Source: Azolla caroliniana (Eukaryota > Plantae > Polypodiophyta). Taken from it: a stretch of DNA of 64,000 bases. Positions 1 to 12,787 of the stretch are shown here, in pieces (positions within the stretch are counted from its first letter, which is position 1; every line of letters begins with the position of its first letter). Below the pieces are notes generated by a model, which was given only the letters and a program-made list of their open reading frames with translations, was not told the DNA's origin and did no database searches. The DNA lies in assembly GCA_043228905.1 (NCBI GenBank), contig JBHGNT010000017.1, positions 1,922,001 through 1,986,000 of the forward strand. The letters run 5' to 3'. Made by a program: the position numbers and the translations under genes.

Positions 1-430
1 ACCGGGGGATCAGTTGATGAATGTGGACGAATATATGAGTGGAAGCCAACACATGGGAAAGTAGAATTATTGAGTCGAGGGATCTGCGCAGGAACAGGTT
101 ACGTTGGAGGCGACGTACACATGGGAAATACTGTATATATATATTATAGATACAGAGATACATCTCTATGCTCTGGTTAGGCCACTAATGTGGACCCAAC
201 ACGCAAGTGTAAATAATACACGACCTGTTACCTGAAGAAGCAATGGGTAGTGTAGGGTTGTAGATAACTGCCCTAGGTACCCACATACACACATTGGTTG
301 GGGTATATATACCCATGATTCTCATTGTAAGAATTTGGCCACATCTAGCATGTCGAGGTGTATGTATAGATACGCCACGGGATATTTCCTACCCGACTGA
401 CCTACATAATGTGCCTACATATACAATCCA

Positions 431-507
<77 letters not shown>

Positions 508-600
508 ATATTATTATATATATAGCCTTATCCATGTCCCTATCGTTTCTCTCTACAGTCTGTATACATCCATGAATCCTCTACCCCATCTATTTGTTAT
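1..600. repeat. Copy 1 of a diverged local repeat unit (other copies ~8985-9480 and ~11800-12590, where it lies next to the 3' end of a U1 gene)
   Basis: Shared blocks such as GATGAATGTGGAC (copies 1 and 3), TAGATAACT, TTGGTTGGGGTATRTATACC and GTAAGAATT recur in the same order. Confidence 0.75.
434..502. repeat. Compound (CT)n(AT)n microsatellite
   Basis: Directly visible. Confidence 0.95.
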
Positions 601-924
601 TCAGATCACATATATCTACTCCTGTTACACCCATGTTTACCTTTGCCACACCACACGTGTACATTCCCACCCCCTGCCAAGGAAGCCATAAAAGAATAAC
701 CACCTAACATTATGCCAAGGAATGGACACGATGTTTGATTGTTTAGAAAGATGTTAAGTTCACTGCGTCCGATCTGGTATTTCAATGTTCAACGTATAAT
801 ATTCAGTGGTGGCCAATATGGTTAAGATCTCTCAATCTATTCGTCTACTTCGTCTCTTGTTTCTTTGCTCATCATTAGTTTGATCTATAATATTTGCTAA
901 AAAATATATCAGTAAGTCCGTTAG

Positions 925-1420
925 CATGTATGTATGCAAATGAATAGTTGTATTTGTGTGGATGTATGTGTGTGTGTTGAACGAATGGTTGTATGTATGA
1001 ATGAATGAATATATGTATGAATGTGTATCAATGGTTGTTTGAATGAGCATGTGTCCTATAGTTGTATTATGTATATATGTACGTATGAGTATGATTGAAT
1101 GGATGTGTGTATTGTTTTATGAATGTGGATAAATGTATGAATGAATGCATATATGTATGTGTACGAGTACGATTTAATATATTTGTGTTAACATGGAACA
1201 CTTGATGTATGTTTGCGTGTGTATGAATGAATGTTTGTATGTATAATTGATTGTATGAATATGTATATATATGTGTATGATTTAATGAATATGCATATGT
1301 ATAAATGTTTGTATTAATGTATGTGTGTATAATTGTATTAATGTATATATATGTGTGTATGATTGATTGTATGTATGTATATATGTGTATATATGCTTTG
1401 TGTGTGTGTGTGTGTATGTG
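925..1420. repeat. Degenerate (TATG/TGAA/TG)n low-complexity tract
   Basis: Directly visible; produces spurious His/Thr/Tyr/Ile ORFs. Confidence 0.85.
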
Positions 1421-1440
1421 TAGATTGTGGCATTGGGAAG

Positions 1441-2031
1441 TAGGGATCAGCAACAGTTCGGCTTAGGCTTAGCCGGTTTGGCCTGATCCAAGCCAAACCG
1501 GCTAAGCCTAAACTGTTTACGAGATCTCAAACTTGAGCTGAACCAAACCGAACCGGTTCATTAACTGGTTTAGGCTGAACCAGTTTAGTAAACGGCTTGG
1601 AAACCTCCCTCTCTCTTTCTCTCTCTCTCTCCCTACCTCCCTCTCTCTCTCAGATGATCCACTATATACTATATAGTATACATTGTACAAGCTCTCCCTC
1701 CCACTCTCTCTCTCATGTCTGTGGTCTCGACTCTCTCTCTCTCTCTCCTCGTCTGTGTAGTTCTCCCTCCCTCACTCTCTCTCTCTCCCATCGTCTGTTT
1801 AGTCTCCCTCACTCACACACTCTCTCTTTCCCTTGTCTATTGTCTCCCTCCCTCTCTCTCCCCCTCTCTCTAAAGTTTATAAACAACTTAAGCTGGTTTG
1901 GCGAGGCTCAAGCCAAGCCGACCTCAAACCGTTAAGGCAACTTCAAGCCTAAACCGAGCCGAGCTGCTAAGCCGCTTTAAGTCGGCTAAGCCCAACAGTT
2001 TAGGCTTGAGCCGAGCCGTTGCCGATCCCTA
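1441..2031. mobile_element. hAT-type MITE
   Basis: TIR TAGGGATCAGCAAC / GTTGCCGATCCCTA; perfect 8-bp TSD TTGGGAAG (1433-1440, 2032-2039); subterminal AACCG/GCCG motifs. Confidence 0.9.
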
Positions 2032-2737
2032 TTGGGAAGCAGGGAGTGCTCAAGTGAAGAACTTTTGCTTAGTTTATACTATAGCATGATGCTTTCCAGC
2101 AAGTAAAATCATTAAATTTTAGCAAGTTTCACTAAGTGTTGCATGTTCTTTGTGTCGTTTAGCAATCCTTTTAGGAAAACACGGCATATCGCTATGTGGC
2201 TTGTTTGTTGTAGTGAATTATTGAGAGTTTCAACAAATGCTTGGGAATTCATATTATATGACATTCACAATGATTGTATTCTAGATTGTCAAATTATCAA
2301 GATGGAACAACTTGCGGAAGACCAACTTCAATAAGTTAGACCATGAAACTTGCGCAAACCTTTTATTAGATTGTTATATCAAGGCTCATTTTAGTTTTAC
2401 AACCATATTGAACGGATGCAATATACAATAAGTTAGACCATGAAACTCACGCAAACCTTTTATTAGGTTGTCATATCATGGGTCCGGGTCGAAAGTTACT
2501 CAGTAGATGATTGACTCCTTCTTTGTTGACATAATCAACTACTCTAAGCCATCATCCATCGTTCTTTATCACTCCCCTCCTTCCCATCGTCAAGCGTATT
2601 AATTACGTTAGTTGCTGTTTTGGTTTCCTCTACTCCAAAATTTCCAGCTCTTTCACTCACTCACTTCCCCTCCTCCATCCTCTTATCCAACACTCCTCCT
2701 CGGTTGGTTTCCACCATCCTTCATATTCCGATCACGA

Positions 2738-5033
2738 GATGCTGACCCCCTCCCATGCACTCTCCCTCTTCTCTCAATCCTTATTCTCATCATACGTTCC
2801 GCAATGCCTGCGGAGGTTCTGGCTGTGGCTGTGACTCCCGCTCCCTCTCCCACCTTCTCCTCCGATGACAAGGCGGTAGCACAAGCACAACCTCTCATGA
2901 AAATTAAGGATGCCATCACCCACGACCCCGCTTCTTGCACCCGTACCTCTCTGCAGCATCTGGATCTCTCTCACACAAGCCTGGAAGGCCCCATCCCGTC
3001 TACACTCGGCAACCTCACCCAGCTACAGACCTTGTACCTCCAGAGCAACAACCTGACAGGGAAGATACCAGCCACACTCGGTAGCTGCTCACAACTCATC
3101 CAGCTTGGGCTAGGTTTCAACCCTCTCAGGGGCTCAATCCCCAGTGAGCTGGGAATGCTCATAAACCTCCAGAAACTCTCTCTCTTTACGGCCAACCTCG
3201 AGGGTCCAGTTCCCGTTGCGCTTTGCAACTGTACCCAAATGGAATGGTTCGATGTGGGGTGGATGTCCCAATCTGAGCTCTTCAACTACCTTCCATCAGG
3301 ATACCCCGTATTATCCCAGGGTCTTATAGGGAGCATACCTGAGTGTTTCAGTAGAATGGCAAACTTGCAAACGCTGGCATGGGATCTCAGCCACCTTGCT
3401 GGCTGATTTCCTACGAAGGCATTGCAGAATTTAACACAGCTTTTATACTTGGATTTTTCTTATTGCGGGTTGGACACCACCTTTCCCCCTGAGTTCGACT
3501 GGAATTTTCCACAACTAAAACATATGAACCTCAGGTATAACCAGTTAACAGGATCAATCCCACCACAGTTGGGTCAGCTTCCCAACCTGGAACTACTCAA
3601 TTTCGCTTTTAATGATCTGAATGGAACAATCCCAGAACAACTCCTCCAAGGCCTGGCACAATACAGCACACTCACTACTCTCGATCTCGATGGGCAATGC
3701 TCTGGAGGGATCCATATCTTCCTCCTTTTGCAGCATCACAAGCCTGCAAGCGCTAGGTTTGAGTCTCAACAGCTTTAATGGCAGTATACCAGCGTGCTTG
3801 GGGAGCTTGGCAGGTCTCACAAGCCTAGATCTTGGACGCAACAACCTCACAGGAAGCATTCCTCCATCTCTCGGCCGCCTATTAAAGACAGAGAGCTTAA
3901 CATTAAATAACAATGAGCTTTCTGGACACATTCCTCTAGAAATCGGGGAATTGACAAAGCTGCAGGTATTAGACCTCTCCACAAACAACCTGTAAGGGAT
4001 CGTCCCTCTTGACGTTTTACATAACCTGAGGGATCTTCAGACTTTACGGCTCTCTCAAAACAATTTGAGTGGGAAGATAGAGAGCTTGGACCTGTCCAAG
4101 ATGCGCGACCTCCAGACTTTCGGTGCCTATGGAAATTCTTTAGAAGGGGGCCTTCCTGCTGGGTTAATAGAAAGTAAGGCACTGGTCATCTTCGATGTGC
4201 AGGGGAACAAATATCTGAACGGATCCTTAGGCAATACTACTACTGCTGACATAACTGGTTTATCCAATCTCAGGGTGCTCTCGGTGAGCTACAACCAGCT
4301 AAGCGGAGATATCCCCGGTTGGGTTTGGAAGCTTCCCAGACTGCAGGCACTGGACCTCTCTAACAATCGCTTCAGCGGTCGCTTCCCTGCGTCTCTCACG
4401 CACCTTTCCTACTTCAAGCTCAATCAAACCGCAAACAGTAACCAGAGCACCCTCTACGAGGATGTGCCTGTCACGCTGAAGAACACTGTCTACATTCTCA
4501 AGTATGTTCTGAGTACCCGTATCTACTTTGATGTGTCCATGAACGATCTGGGAGGCGAAATTCCGGAGAGCTTCGGGGAGCTGCAAGGTCTGACAGGAGC
4601 CAACCTGTCGCACAACCGAATCAGGGGCACTATACCTGCGGCTACATTCGGCAGGTTGATGCAATTGGAGGAGTTGGACCTGTCCTACAACCAGCTCAGC
4701 GGTGGCATCCCACAAGATCTCACGTCTCTAAACCTCGGTATTCTAAACCTGGCCCACAACCAACTGGAAGGAGCCATTCCCACACGGAACAACTTCAATA
4801 CCAGGTACACGTCTGCCAGCTTTGAGAACAACCCGGGGCTGTGTGGCTACCCTCTTTCCACCTCCTGCAACACAAGCAGCAATGCGAGTAGTGATATGGG
4901 CAGCACAGCCAGGCAAAGCCAACAATCGATCTTGATTTGCTTCAATGAGTTCGTATCAACCTGGGCATTTCTAATAGCTTATCCTGTTGGGCTTGCACTT
5001 GGCTTTTTTGTTCTTCGTACCATCTCCTTATAA
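2738..5033 (+). pseudogene. Intronless LRR receptor-like protein (RLP) gene, disrupted
   Basis: Plant extracellular LRRs (LxxLxLxxNxLxGxIP), island-like region, C-cap SFENNPGLCGYPL, TM helix WAFLIAYPVGLALGFFVL, no kinase. In-frame TGA at 3404-3406 and TAA at 3993-3995, frameshift near 3690, probable frameshift right after ATG 2738, N-cap motif missing. Confidence 0.88.
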
Positions 5034-5065
5034 GGGACAAACATAAAAAAAACCGTAAATAAGTA

Positions 5066-6545
5066 CAGTAACTATTCGGTTAAGTGCGTGGCCACTTAAG
5101 TGTGCTATTCTATTAAGTGGGCCTTTTTGTAAAGGTCAAAACCTAGATCAAGAAAATTACATTTTTTCATGACAAAGTTAAATCAAACAAAACTGAAACT
5201 ATGTTCCAAACATTCAAAAACTATTTCTAGCTCTCCATTCATTAGGAATGCCAAAGCACTAGGAAAAAAAACCTGAGAAATAAGTGCAATCCAATTAGAT
5301 GCACAAGCAAAATTCCATATTACAATAAGTGCAATCCAATTAGATGCACAAGCAAAATTCCATATTAGAAGGTTGATTTCGGGGAGCCAATTGATGCACA
5401 ACAAGCAAAATGCTTTATTAGAAGGTTGATTTCTTCTATTAGAGGAGCTAATTTCATGTAAACACCCGATCATCATAAAAAAGATTCATGATTTCTTATG
5501 TTAGAGGATATAATTTCATGTAAAAATCCTGATTATCATAAAAGAAAATCCTGATTTTATATGTTAGAGGAGCTTATTTCATGTAAATAGCCCGATCCTC
5601 ATAAAAAAGATTCACAATTTCTTATGTTAGAGGAGCTAATGTCATGTAAAAAGGCTGATAATCATAAAAAAAAATCATGATTTCTTAAGTTAGAGGAACT
5701 AATTTCATGTAGAAAGCCTAATAATCATAAAAAAATCATGATTTATTATGTTAGAGGAGCTAATTTCATGTAAAAAGCTCGATAATCATCAAAGAATTCA
5801 CGATTTCTTATGTTAGAGGAGCTAATTTCATTTAAAAGCCCGATCAGCATAAAAAAATCATGATTTCTTACGTAAGAGAAGCAAATTTACATATAAATCA
5901 GATGATTTCTACAAAAAAGCATTGACAAAATTTTACAAATTAATCTTTGAAAAGAAACTACAATTTAGTCAATTTACAATTACAATGTTTGGAAATTACT
6001 ATTACATTTTTTAATTTTTGTTACAAATCAATGCTTTAATAGAAAGATTCACAAATGTTTATAAAAAAACTTCACAAATTTGTAATACAAATAAATTTTT
6101 AATAGAAACCTCCACAATTTTTTCTAAAAACACTCGTAAAATTATGTTGCAAATCACTTCTTCTTCTTTTTAACCTTCACAATGTTTTCCAAATATTCAC
6201 AATTTTCTGCTATAATTATGCATATTTCAGAAAACATGCTTTATAGAAATCTTTGCTATAATTATGCATATTTTTAGAAAACATGCTTTATACATAGTAC
6301 ATTAAAAACCTTCACATATGCAACTGCAGCAATGTACGCATCAACGTGGGGAGCAACAACGTGGGAATGATTACAGTAGCAACGTGGGCCTGATCATAAT
6401 CATGGAGTGATTAGAATGGATTTGGGCTGTGATTTCTGAAAATGTGTAGAGAAAAACATTTAGGGGGATTTTTTTGTTTTAGGTAAAAAACCCTAACTAC
6501 ACACTTTAATCTCAAGGAAAAAGTGTGCACTTAACCGAATGTGTA
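5066..6545. mobile_element. Non-autonomous TIR DNA transposon (Tc1/mariner-pogo-like ends)
   Basis: Inverted repeat ATTCGGTTAAGTGC (5074-5087) / GCACTTAACCGAAT (6527-6540); left end TA|CAGT; AT-rich interior. Confidence 0.6.
5425..5880. repeat. ~60-bp tandem repeat, about 8 copies
   Basis: Recurring unit GATTTCTTATGTTAGAGGAGCTAATTTCATGTAAAAAG...ATCATAAAAAA. Confidence 0.9.
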
Positions 6546-7249
6546 AATAAAAAATTGAATAAAAGTCAACGGCCTAATGGTTAACTTTATTAATGGTGTG
6601 AGGAAAGGTGTATGTTGCTTTTGATCGTTTATCCTATTGGGCTTGCATTTGGTTTTTTAGATGGTTAAGTTTGTTGATGGTCTTAATCCTAGCATATGTG
6701 TGTATTAGCTAGTGGGTTAAGAGTAGTGTTGGGTAAAGTCCCATAAATAGTGTAATTGTTTGAGTTAGGTCGGGACTTTTGCTAGCCAATGTGGGGGATA
6801 ACCGGAAGTGATTTTGGCCATACTTTTCCAAAAAACGGAATCTAGCCTATTCATATTTTTTGAATTAGCTATTTATCTAGTTAAGAAAAAGGTAAAAAAA
6901 ACAATTTTTTATATTTCCTTGCTTAACTCTTTTCTCTTTTTTCTCCCTCTTTTGCTCACTACTCACAACAATGCTCACCATTACCTATGTATCGATATTT
7001 CCTTCTACTCATTCCTCATTGCTCATTGAATGCTTGTGCTTTACGACTCAAGACTTGAAACTCAACAATTGCCTGTTGCATGTGACACTTCAAATGTACC
7101 TTGGCTTCATCATTTGACTGCTTCAACTATGATATTTTCCTCGGTAAGTTCCTTAGAATCACATTGTTTTCCTTTTACCAACCTATTGCATCTCTTCAAA
7201 GCATTCGAGTGTTATAATATAAAGCACATTCTAAACATATACAATAGTC

Positions 7250-8110
7250 CATGATACAACATCTTGGATTGGCACCCTCATCAAGATGCTATTTTGTTGC
7301 TAACGAGACAAAAATGGTCTTAAAATATATGCTTCAAAGAAAAATGCCAATGTATATTTAGTAATTGAAAAGTTGTTTAAAGGTGCATATTGTATGGCAA
7401 AAGAGGATCTACCATTCAGGAAACTCGAAAGCCTCTTAAGATTATTAAAAGAATGTGATGTGGAAGGCCTTCTGCATAGATAATAGGGCTTGTGCAAGCT
7501 TTATCCTCCAGAGTCCACATTATCAAGGCTCTTGAAGCTGAAATTTATGATAAGTTAAGGAAATGTCATTGGTTTTGGCTTATGGTAAATGTAACCAAGA
7601 TCTCAATCCTTTATTGAACTACTTGAAGTGGAGGATGGTACAACAAATACATTAAGCATTTTGACATTATTAAAAACATGGAATTTGGATGTTAGAAAGA
7701 TGATGCTCTAAGTCTATGCCTTCCGGGCATTATTATGCAAATTGAAAAACTTTTGTGTGCAATAAGCTTCAAAGAACATTGAAATATTAGATGCCCTCGT
7801 GAATCAAGTGCCTACACATTTCTCTAGGAGCTCAATGTGCTAGGGTGAATTGGCTACAATTCAAGATGCATTAACATACACACATTTGTTCCTGGGATTG
7901 TGAAGACATGATGATGACTTAGTCATCATGGTGCTATTACAAGGGTATGCAATGTGTACAAACCATTAATGAAGACTTTGAAATCGCAAAGTGATGCACA
8001 TAATATATTTTCTAAGGTTAAAAAAATTTATGCTCCATTTCCTTATAGCTATACTTAAGATTCCGTCTACATTGAGTATGGAATTCCAAAACATCATATG
8101 GTTGTGACTG
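7250..8110 (+). pseudogene. Heavily degenerate hAT (ZNF862-like) transposase remnant
   Basis: Fragmentary translations AYCMAKEDLPFRKLESL, KLRKCHWFGLMV, ELLEVEDGT, HFSRSS; many stops and shifts. Confidence 0.5.
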
Positions 8111-8133
8111 CATTTGAGTTTTTATATCATGTT

Positions 8134-8653
8134 CCGCAATCGACGATGGTTTGGTTTGAGCCGACCCGAATCACGAAACAACAACTTAATAACTTAATGG
8201 TTTTAACGGTTCCGTTCAAGTTTAAGTTTTTGTCAATGGTTTAGTTTCAATTCAGTTTGGTTTGAGTCTTTATTAGCTTAATGGTCTAGGGTTTTCACGT
8301 GGTTCTTTTTATTCTTTTTAATACTTTTTCGAACAAAATTTCATTTTTAAACCAAAATTTGACATTTTAGGAAAATATCTTTAAAATATTAAAAAATTTA
8401 AATTTTAAGTGTTGAATTTGTTTTTAATTTTGATTTGACTTAAAAACCAAAATTGAATCATGAAACCACAGTCTTAACAATTTAATGGTTTGAAATCTCT
8501 AAAACAATTTTGTTTGAGTTTGGATATTTTGTAACGATCCAGTTTGAAATGGTTTCATGCTTCGTGTATGGTTTAAGTTTCAATGTTTTTAAATGATTCT
8601 GTTTTAAATGATTTTAGTTTGAACCTCTCGAACCGAACCATTGCCGATTGCTA
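8134..8653. mobile_element. hAT-type MITE (older)
   Basis: Imperfect TIR GCAATCGACGATGGTT / AACCATTGCCGATTGCTA; 8-bp TSD ATCATGTT / ATCTTGTT (1 mismatch). Confidence 0.7.
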
Positions 8654-9487
8654 ATCTTGTTACTATGGTCTCAATGGTTTTGAGAAGTATAGCAATAACT
8701 ATCCAAAATTTCCAAATTTATGGAAGAGAAAAAAGAAAGATTTCCATTTTACGGTGTGCTACAAAAGGTGATACACATAAAAGTAACGTCCTAGATAGGT
8801 TTAGGACCTAGGTGAGAACTTAATTGAAGGCATACATTTCTTTCCATTACTTTTTAGGGCATTAATAGAGACTATATAAAAGTGTCTTAAAGTTCGAGTG
8901 ACTCTTTCCGCATTAAAAATGTTATCAGTAATGGATATGTCTACAAAATCCACTAGTATTTTAGCACGAAAGACTAGCAAACCCAACGCACGACATAAAC
9001 AAGCGATGGGTAGTGTAGGCTTTGTAGATAACTCCCGATTTGGCTGGTTACCCACAATTCTCAAGCAATGGGTAGTGTAGGACTGGTAGATAACTGCCTG
9101 TTTGCCTACGATTCTTGTTACACTTCCTATTGGTTGGGGTATGTATACCCTTGATTCTTTGCACTCGTATCATGGTAAGAATTCGGTGGCGTCTAGCATG
9201 TTAGGAGTGATTGTGGGTGTATAGACATTGAATGTGATTCCTCCCACCCAGACTATTTGTATATATGACTCCATTTACAATTTTATGATTCTCTCGCTAT
9301 TATATATACATTCATTTCTCCATGACAATCAGATAACCCAACATCTGCCCCAACCAAAGATTTCCGTTGGGAATTGGATATTGATTATATATACATCCAT
9401 TTACAATTCCATGATGCTCTCTCTATTATATATACATGATACATCCATTACCATTATAGTTAGTTTGACTTGAAGTTTGATTGGGAA

Positions 9488-9651
9488 GGGGGCCGCGCGA
9501 ACGCGAGCACCTGCTGCCACAAATTATGGTGTGCACTCTCCCACATTGGGGAGATGCTAGGGCAAACAACCCCTTTCGGCAATACAATGGAGGCGCCAGC
9601 CCTAAGCCATCGACCTTGCTTATCACCGATAGACCCCGCCTAGGTAAGTAT
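9488..9651 (-). pseudogene. U1: U1 snRNA, probable pseudogene
   Basis: 5' ATACTTACCT, Sm site AATTTGTGG, SL4 with TTCG loop; U1A loop ATTGCAC mutated to ATTGTAT, other substitutions, promoter spacer shortened to 17 bp. Confidence 0.85.
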
Positions 9652-9677
9652 GTTCAGTTGATGCTCAAACCACTCCA

Positions 9678-9711
9678 TTTATACCTCCCTTCCTCGGATT
9701 CTATGTGGGAC
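9678..9711 (-). promoter_or_regulatory. snRNA promoter (USE + TATA), 17-bp spacer
   Basis: GTCCCACATAG (9711-9701) and TATAAA (9683-9678). Confidence 0.75.
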
Positions 9712-11406
9712 AAACACAGACACACACTCTACACTTTTCCATTTCTGCTCTTTTTTGTATCTATTTATTTGCCATGGCCCATTACACACGCATTATTCCA
9801 TTTTTTATATGGTGTTGTAATGTCCTTAGTCAATTTAATGAATTGAAACATTGGCTTCACTTAGGACAACTTTTGCCTAAGTACCACTTCAAAGCAAAAA
9901 AGTTACATGAACATGCTTCCGATTGCTACTTCACATGCATCGATAAAACCCATAGAACTTTGTTCGAGGCTCTAATTGTTGTGGGAATATTTGGAGTGCA
10001 TAGTAATGGAGTCTCATCTCCTCATTTAAGTTTAGCAGCGAGTATCCTCATGAAACATCTATTAAAAAGGGTTTTCTTCACAAACCTTATCATTTAAATA
10101 GTGACACCTTATTTGGATACTATCTGCAATACCAACATTGAACCAACCATTGATTAGTAGGAATGACAAGGTGGAGAACTTGTAAACCTTAGGGGGAAGA
10201 CCTTATCGTTACAAATGTAAATGAGAGATAAATGAAAGTACTTAAATAGAATCAACACGAATGTACTTAAATATAATCAAAACTTGTCATCAATCAACTT
10301 CTCTCAGGTTTCAATGCTTTCTTCCTTTCTATCTAGCCTCCTTTCATTTCCATTTGGTAGTTAAGTCCACAACATCAACCTTGCTTTTTTGGCACCGCAA
10401 CGGTCTTGATCATTACACAATTGTCATTTTGTGAAGCGTCAAGTAATTAGGTTTGATGAGCATAAACACAATGCCTTTAATTAAATTGTTTGGAGAAGAA
10501 GACATACAATAATCAAATGTAGGGCTATTCTAATTAGGGCATGTCCATTGATAAACAAGTGAATGCTTCTTATTGAGTCCACAAAGAAATGGTGCCAAAT
10601 TTGAAGTTTCTTTTTTACTATTTATGGTAGGAAGTATCTACCTCATTGGTTCATCACTTTGAGGCTTGGGTAGATTAATGCCCTTTGTATGACGATTTGG
10701 GCAAGAGAGTGTCAATCACCCTTGAGCTCATTGACGGATAGACTAGTTCACTCGTAGAAAAGTTGTCTCACCTAAAAATATTCACTTGTAACACAATTAA
10801 ATTATAAGATGTTATTGGCACCGAGACTTAACCTAGGTAGCATACACATTTAATTAATGACTTAATTGATACATACATGCACAAAATCATTCAAAAACAA
10901 CCATCTCTATCAATTTAACCACTTTGTGAAGCCACCCACTCTCTCATGCAAAGAGGTTAACTGCAAAAAATTAAGATTTGAGCTTTAGAATATTAATGAG
11001 GATAAAGGAGTATCGACACATGTTTAACCGAAATGTGGAATTTAAATGGGTTCACATAAAACCAAGATTCTCTACAAATTGTTTAGTACATCCCTTACCA
11101 CAGTTGGCATGATTCGTTGATTGTCCCTCTAGTGGTCTTGCAACATAAATAATTTACTTATGATTCACTCCATTCTTGAGTTGGGAGGCAAAAATGTGAT
11201 ATGCCACATGTTGAAAACAGATCAAGGCACTTTAGTGTGGAGATAAGTGGTGACGTCATGGACGAAGCATGACATGAGCTTTGGAGTGTAAAAGCTTGCG
11301 GAAAGGTTAGTGGGTTGTATGGTACTATAATTGTTGTTGTTGTCTCGTGTTCGAAGAGGGGAAGTAAGGTCAATGTACTAGTTTGAGACAATATATATAT
11401 ATATAT

Positions 11407-11445
11407 ATCCCACATACAAAGCCACTTTTTGGTGTATCCTATAAG
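11407..11445 (+). promoter_or_regulatory. U2 snRNA promoter (USE + TATA), 22-bp spacer
   Basis: ATCCCACATAC 11407-11417; TATAAG 11440-11445, 33 nt before +1. Confidence 0.8.
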
Positions 11446-11472
11446 TATGGAAGTAGAAGCACAGAAGAAATC

Positions 11473-11680
11473 ATACCTTTCTCGGCCTTTTGGCTAAGAT
11501 CAAGTGTAGTATCTGTTCTTATCAGTTTAATATCTGATACGTGGCCTATAAGGTCACATGATATTAACCTAATTTTTTTCATGGGGGCAGTACCCGTTCG
11601 AGGCAGCTTGCTGTCTCTGGGAGCTGCGTGCGTCGCCTTGGTATTGCACTGACGCCAAGGTCATACAGGCGCGCCCCCCA
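11473..11680 (+). ncRNA. U2: U2 snRNA (variant 3' half)
   Basis: Canonical ATACCTTTCTCGGCCTTTTGGCTAAGATCAAGTGTAGTATCTGTTCTTATCAGTTTAATATCTGATA; SL4 loop TTGCAC; Sm site atypical (AATTTTTTTC). Confidence 0.93.
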
Positions 11681-12597
11681 CTACAATCATGACCAAAAAG
11701 TTCTTCCTTTCAGGATAAATGATGATTAAATAAATAGTGCGAGTGGGTTTCCGAATTCCTCATAAGCCGTAAGAGAAGTTAATTGAACCTTCCTAATCGT
11801 TTGGGGTACCAGATGAATGTGGACGGAATATGTATCTGTGTGGAAGCCAAACTGATGCGCGGGATCCGAACAATAGGTTGAAGATGTATAGACATAGACA
11901 TGGAAGGTACGGTGTTTAGCTGGGAAGGGCACATAATAGATAATACATAGATCTGACCAAGTCCGTTGCATTCACACGGCAAAGACTTGACAACGGGACG
12001 CTCTTTCTTCTCTGATTGGGGCCACGAAGGTGGACCTGAACCTAAACAAGAAATGAATGGGTAATACCCAGTGTAGGCAGGCCTAGCTGGTAGATAACTT
12101 CCCGTTTGCCTACTACATTCTCTTTACACCTATTGGTTGGGGTATGTATACCAGTGATTTTCCGCACCCGTATAATGGTAAGAATTTGGCGGCATCTATA
12201 GCATGTCCAGTAGTGTATAGGCATGCCATGTGATGCTTCCTACCCGACTGATCTATAGATATATTTATATGCCTCCATATCCAATCCATGATTCTGTATC
12301 TGTCTGTCTCTATTATATATATATATTTGCCTCCACTCTTTTTACTCCATGTCCCCCTCCATGTCCCCCCCCTATTGTTTGTTTATCTCTTCTGTATATA
12401 TACATATCCATGACCATTCCACCCCATCTGTGCTATTTACATCACATACATGTACTCTCTCTACCCGGTCACATCTTCTGTTATTTGCATCACATTACAT
12501 CTAAATTATATATAACCCCATGTCATTTACACATTACGTAGCTAATTTACATCCAATTTACAATCGGACATTCAGAATTTGATTTGATTGATTGAGA

Positions 12598-12761
12598 AAG
12601 GGGCCGCGCGAACGCGAGCCCCCGCTGCTACAAATTATGACGTGCACTCTCCCACATTGGGGAGATGCTAGGGCAAACAGCCCCTCCGGCAGTGCAATGG
12701 AGGCGCCGGCCCCAAGCCATCGGCCTTGCTGATCACCGATAGACCCCGCCCAGGTAAGTAT
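12598..12761 (-). ncRNA. U1: U1 snRNA, apparently intact
   Basis: ATACTTACCTGG 5' end, SL1 loop GATCAGCAAG, SL2 loop ATTGCAC, Sm site ATAATTTGTAG, SL4 GCGTTCGCGC. Confidence 0.95.
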
Positions 12762-12787
12762 GTTCTTCTGTTGCTCAAACCACTCAG

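Noticed and set aside
294-1935. ORFs rich in SL, IY or HT repeats (also RE-rich ORFs at 14502-14736 and similar)
   Set aside because: Translations of microsatellites and low-complexity DNA
5425-5880. Regular repeats as a CRISPR array
   Set aside because: Head-to-tail units with no unique spacers, no cas genes, eukaryotic context
9780-11300. Possible degenerate transposase or gene remnants (also 13030-14460)
   Set aside because: No motif I could identify with confidence; needs BLASTX
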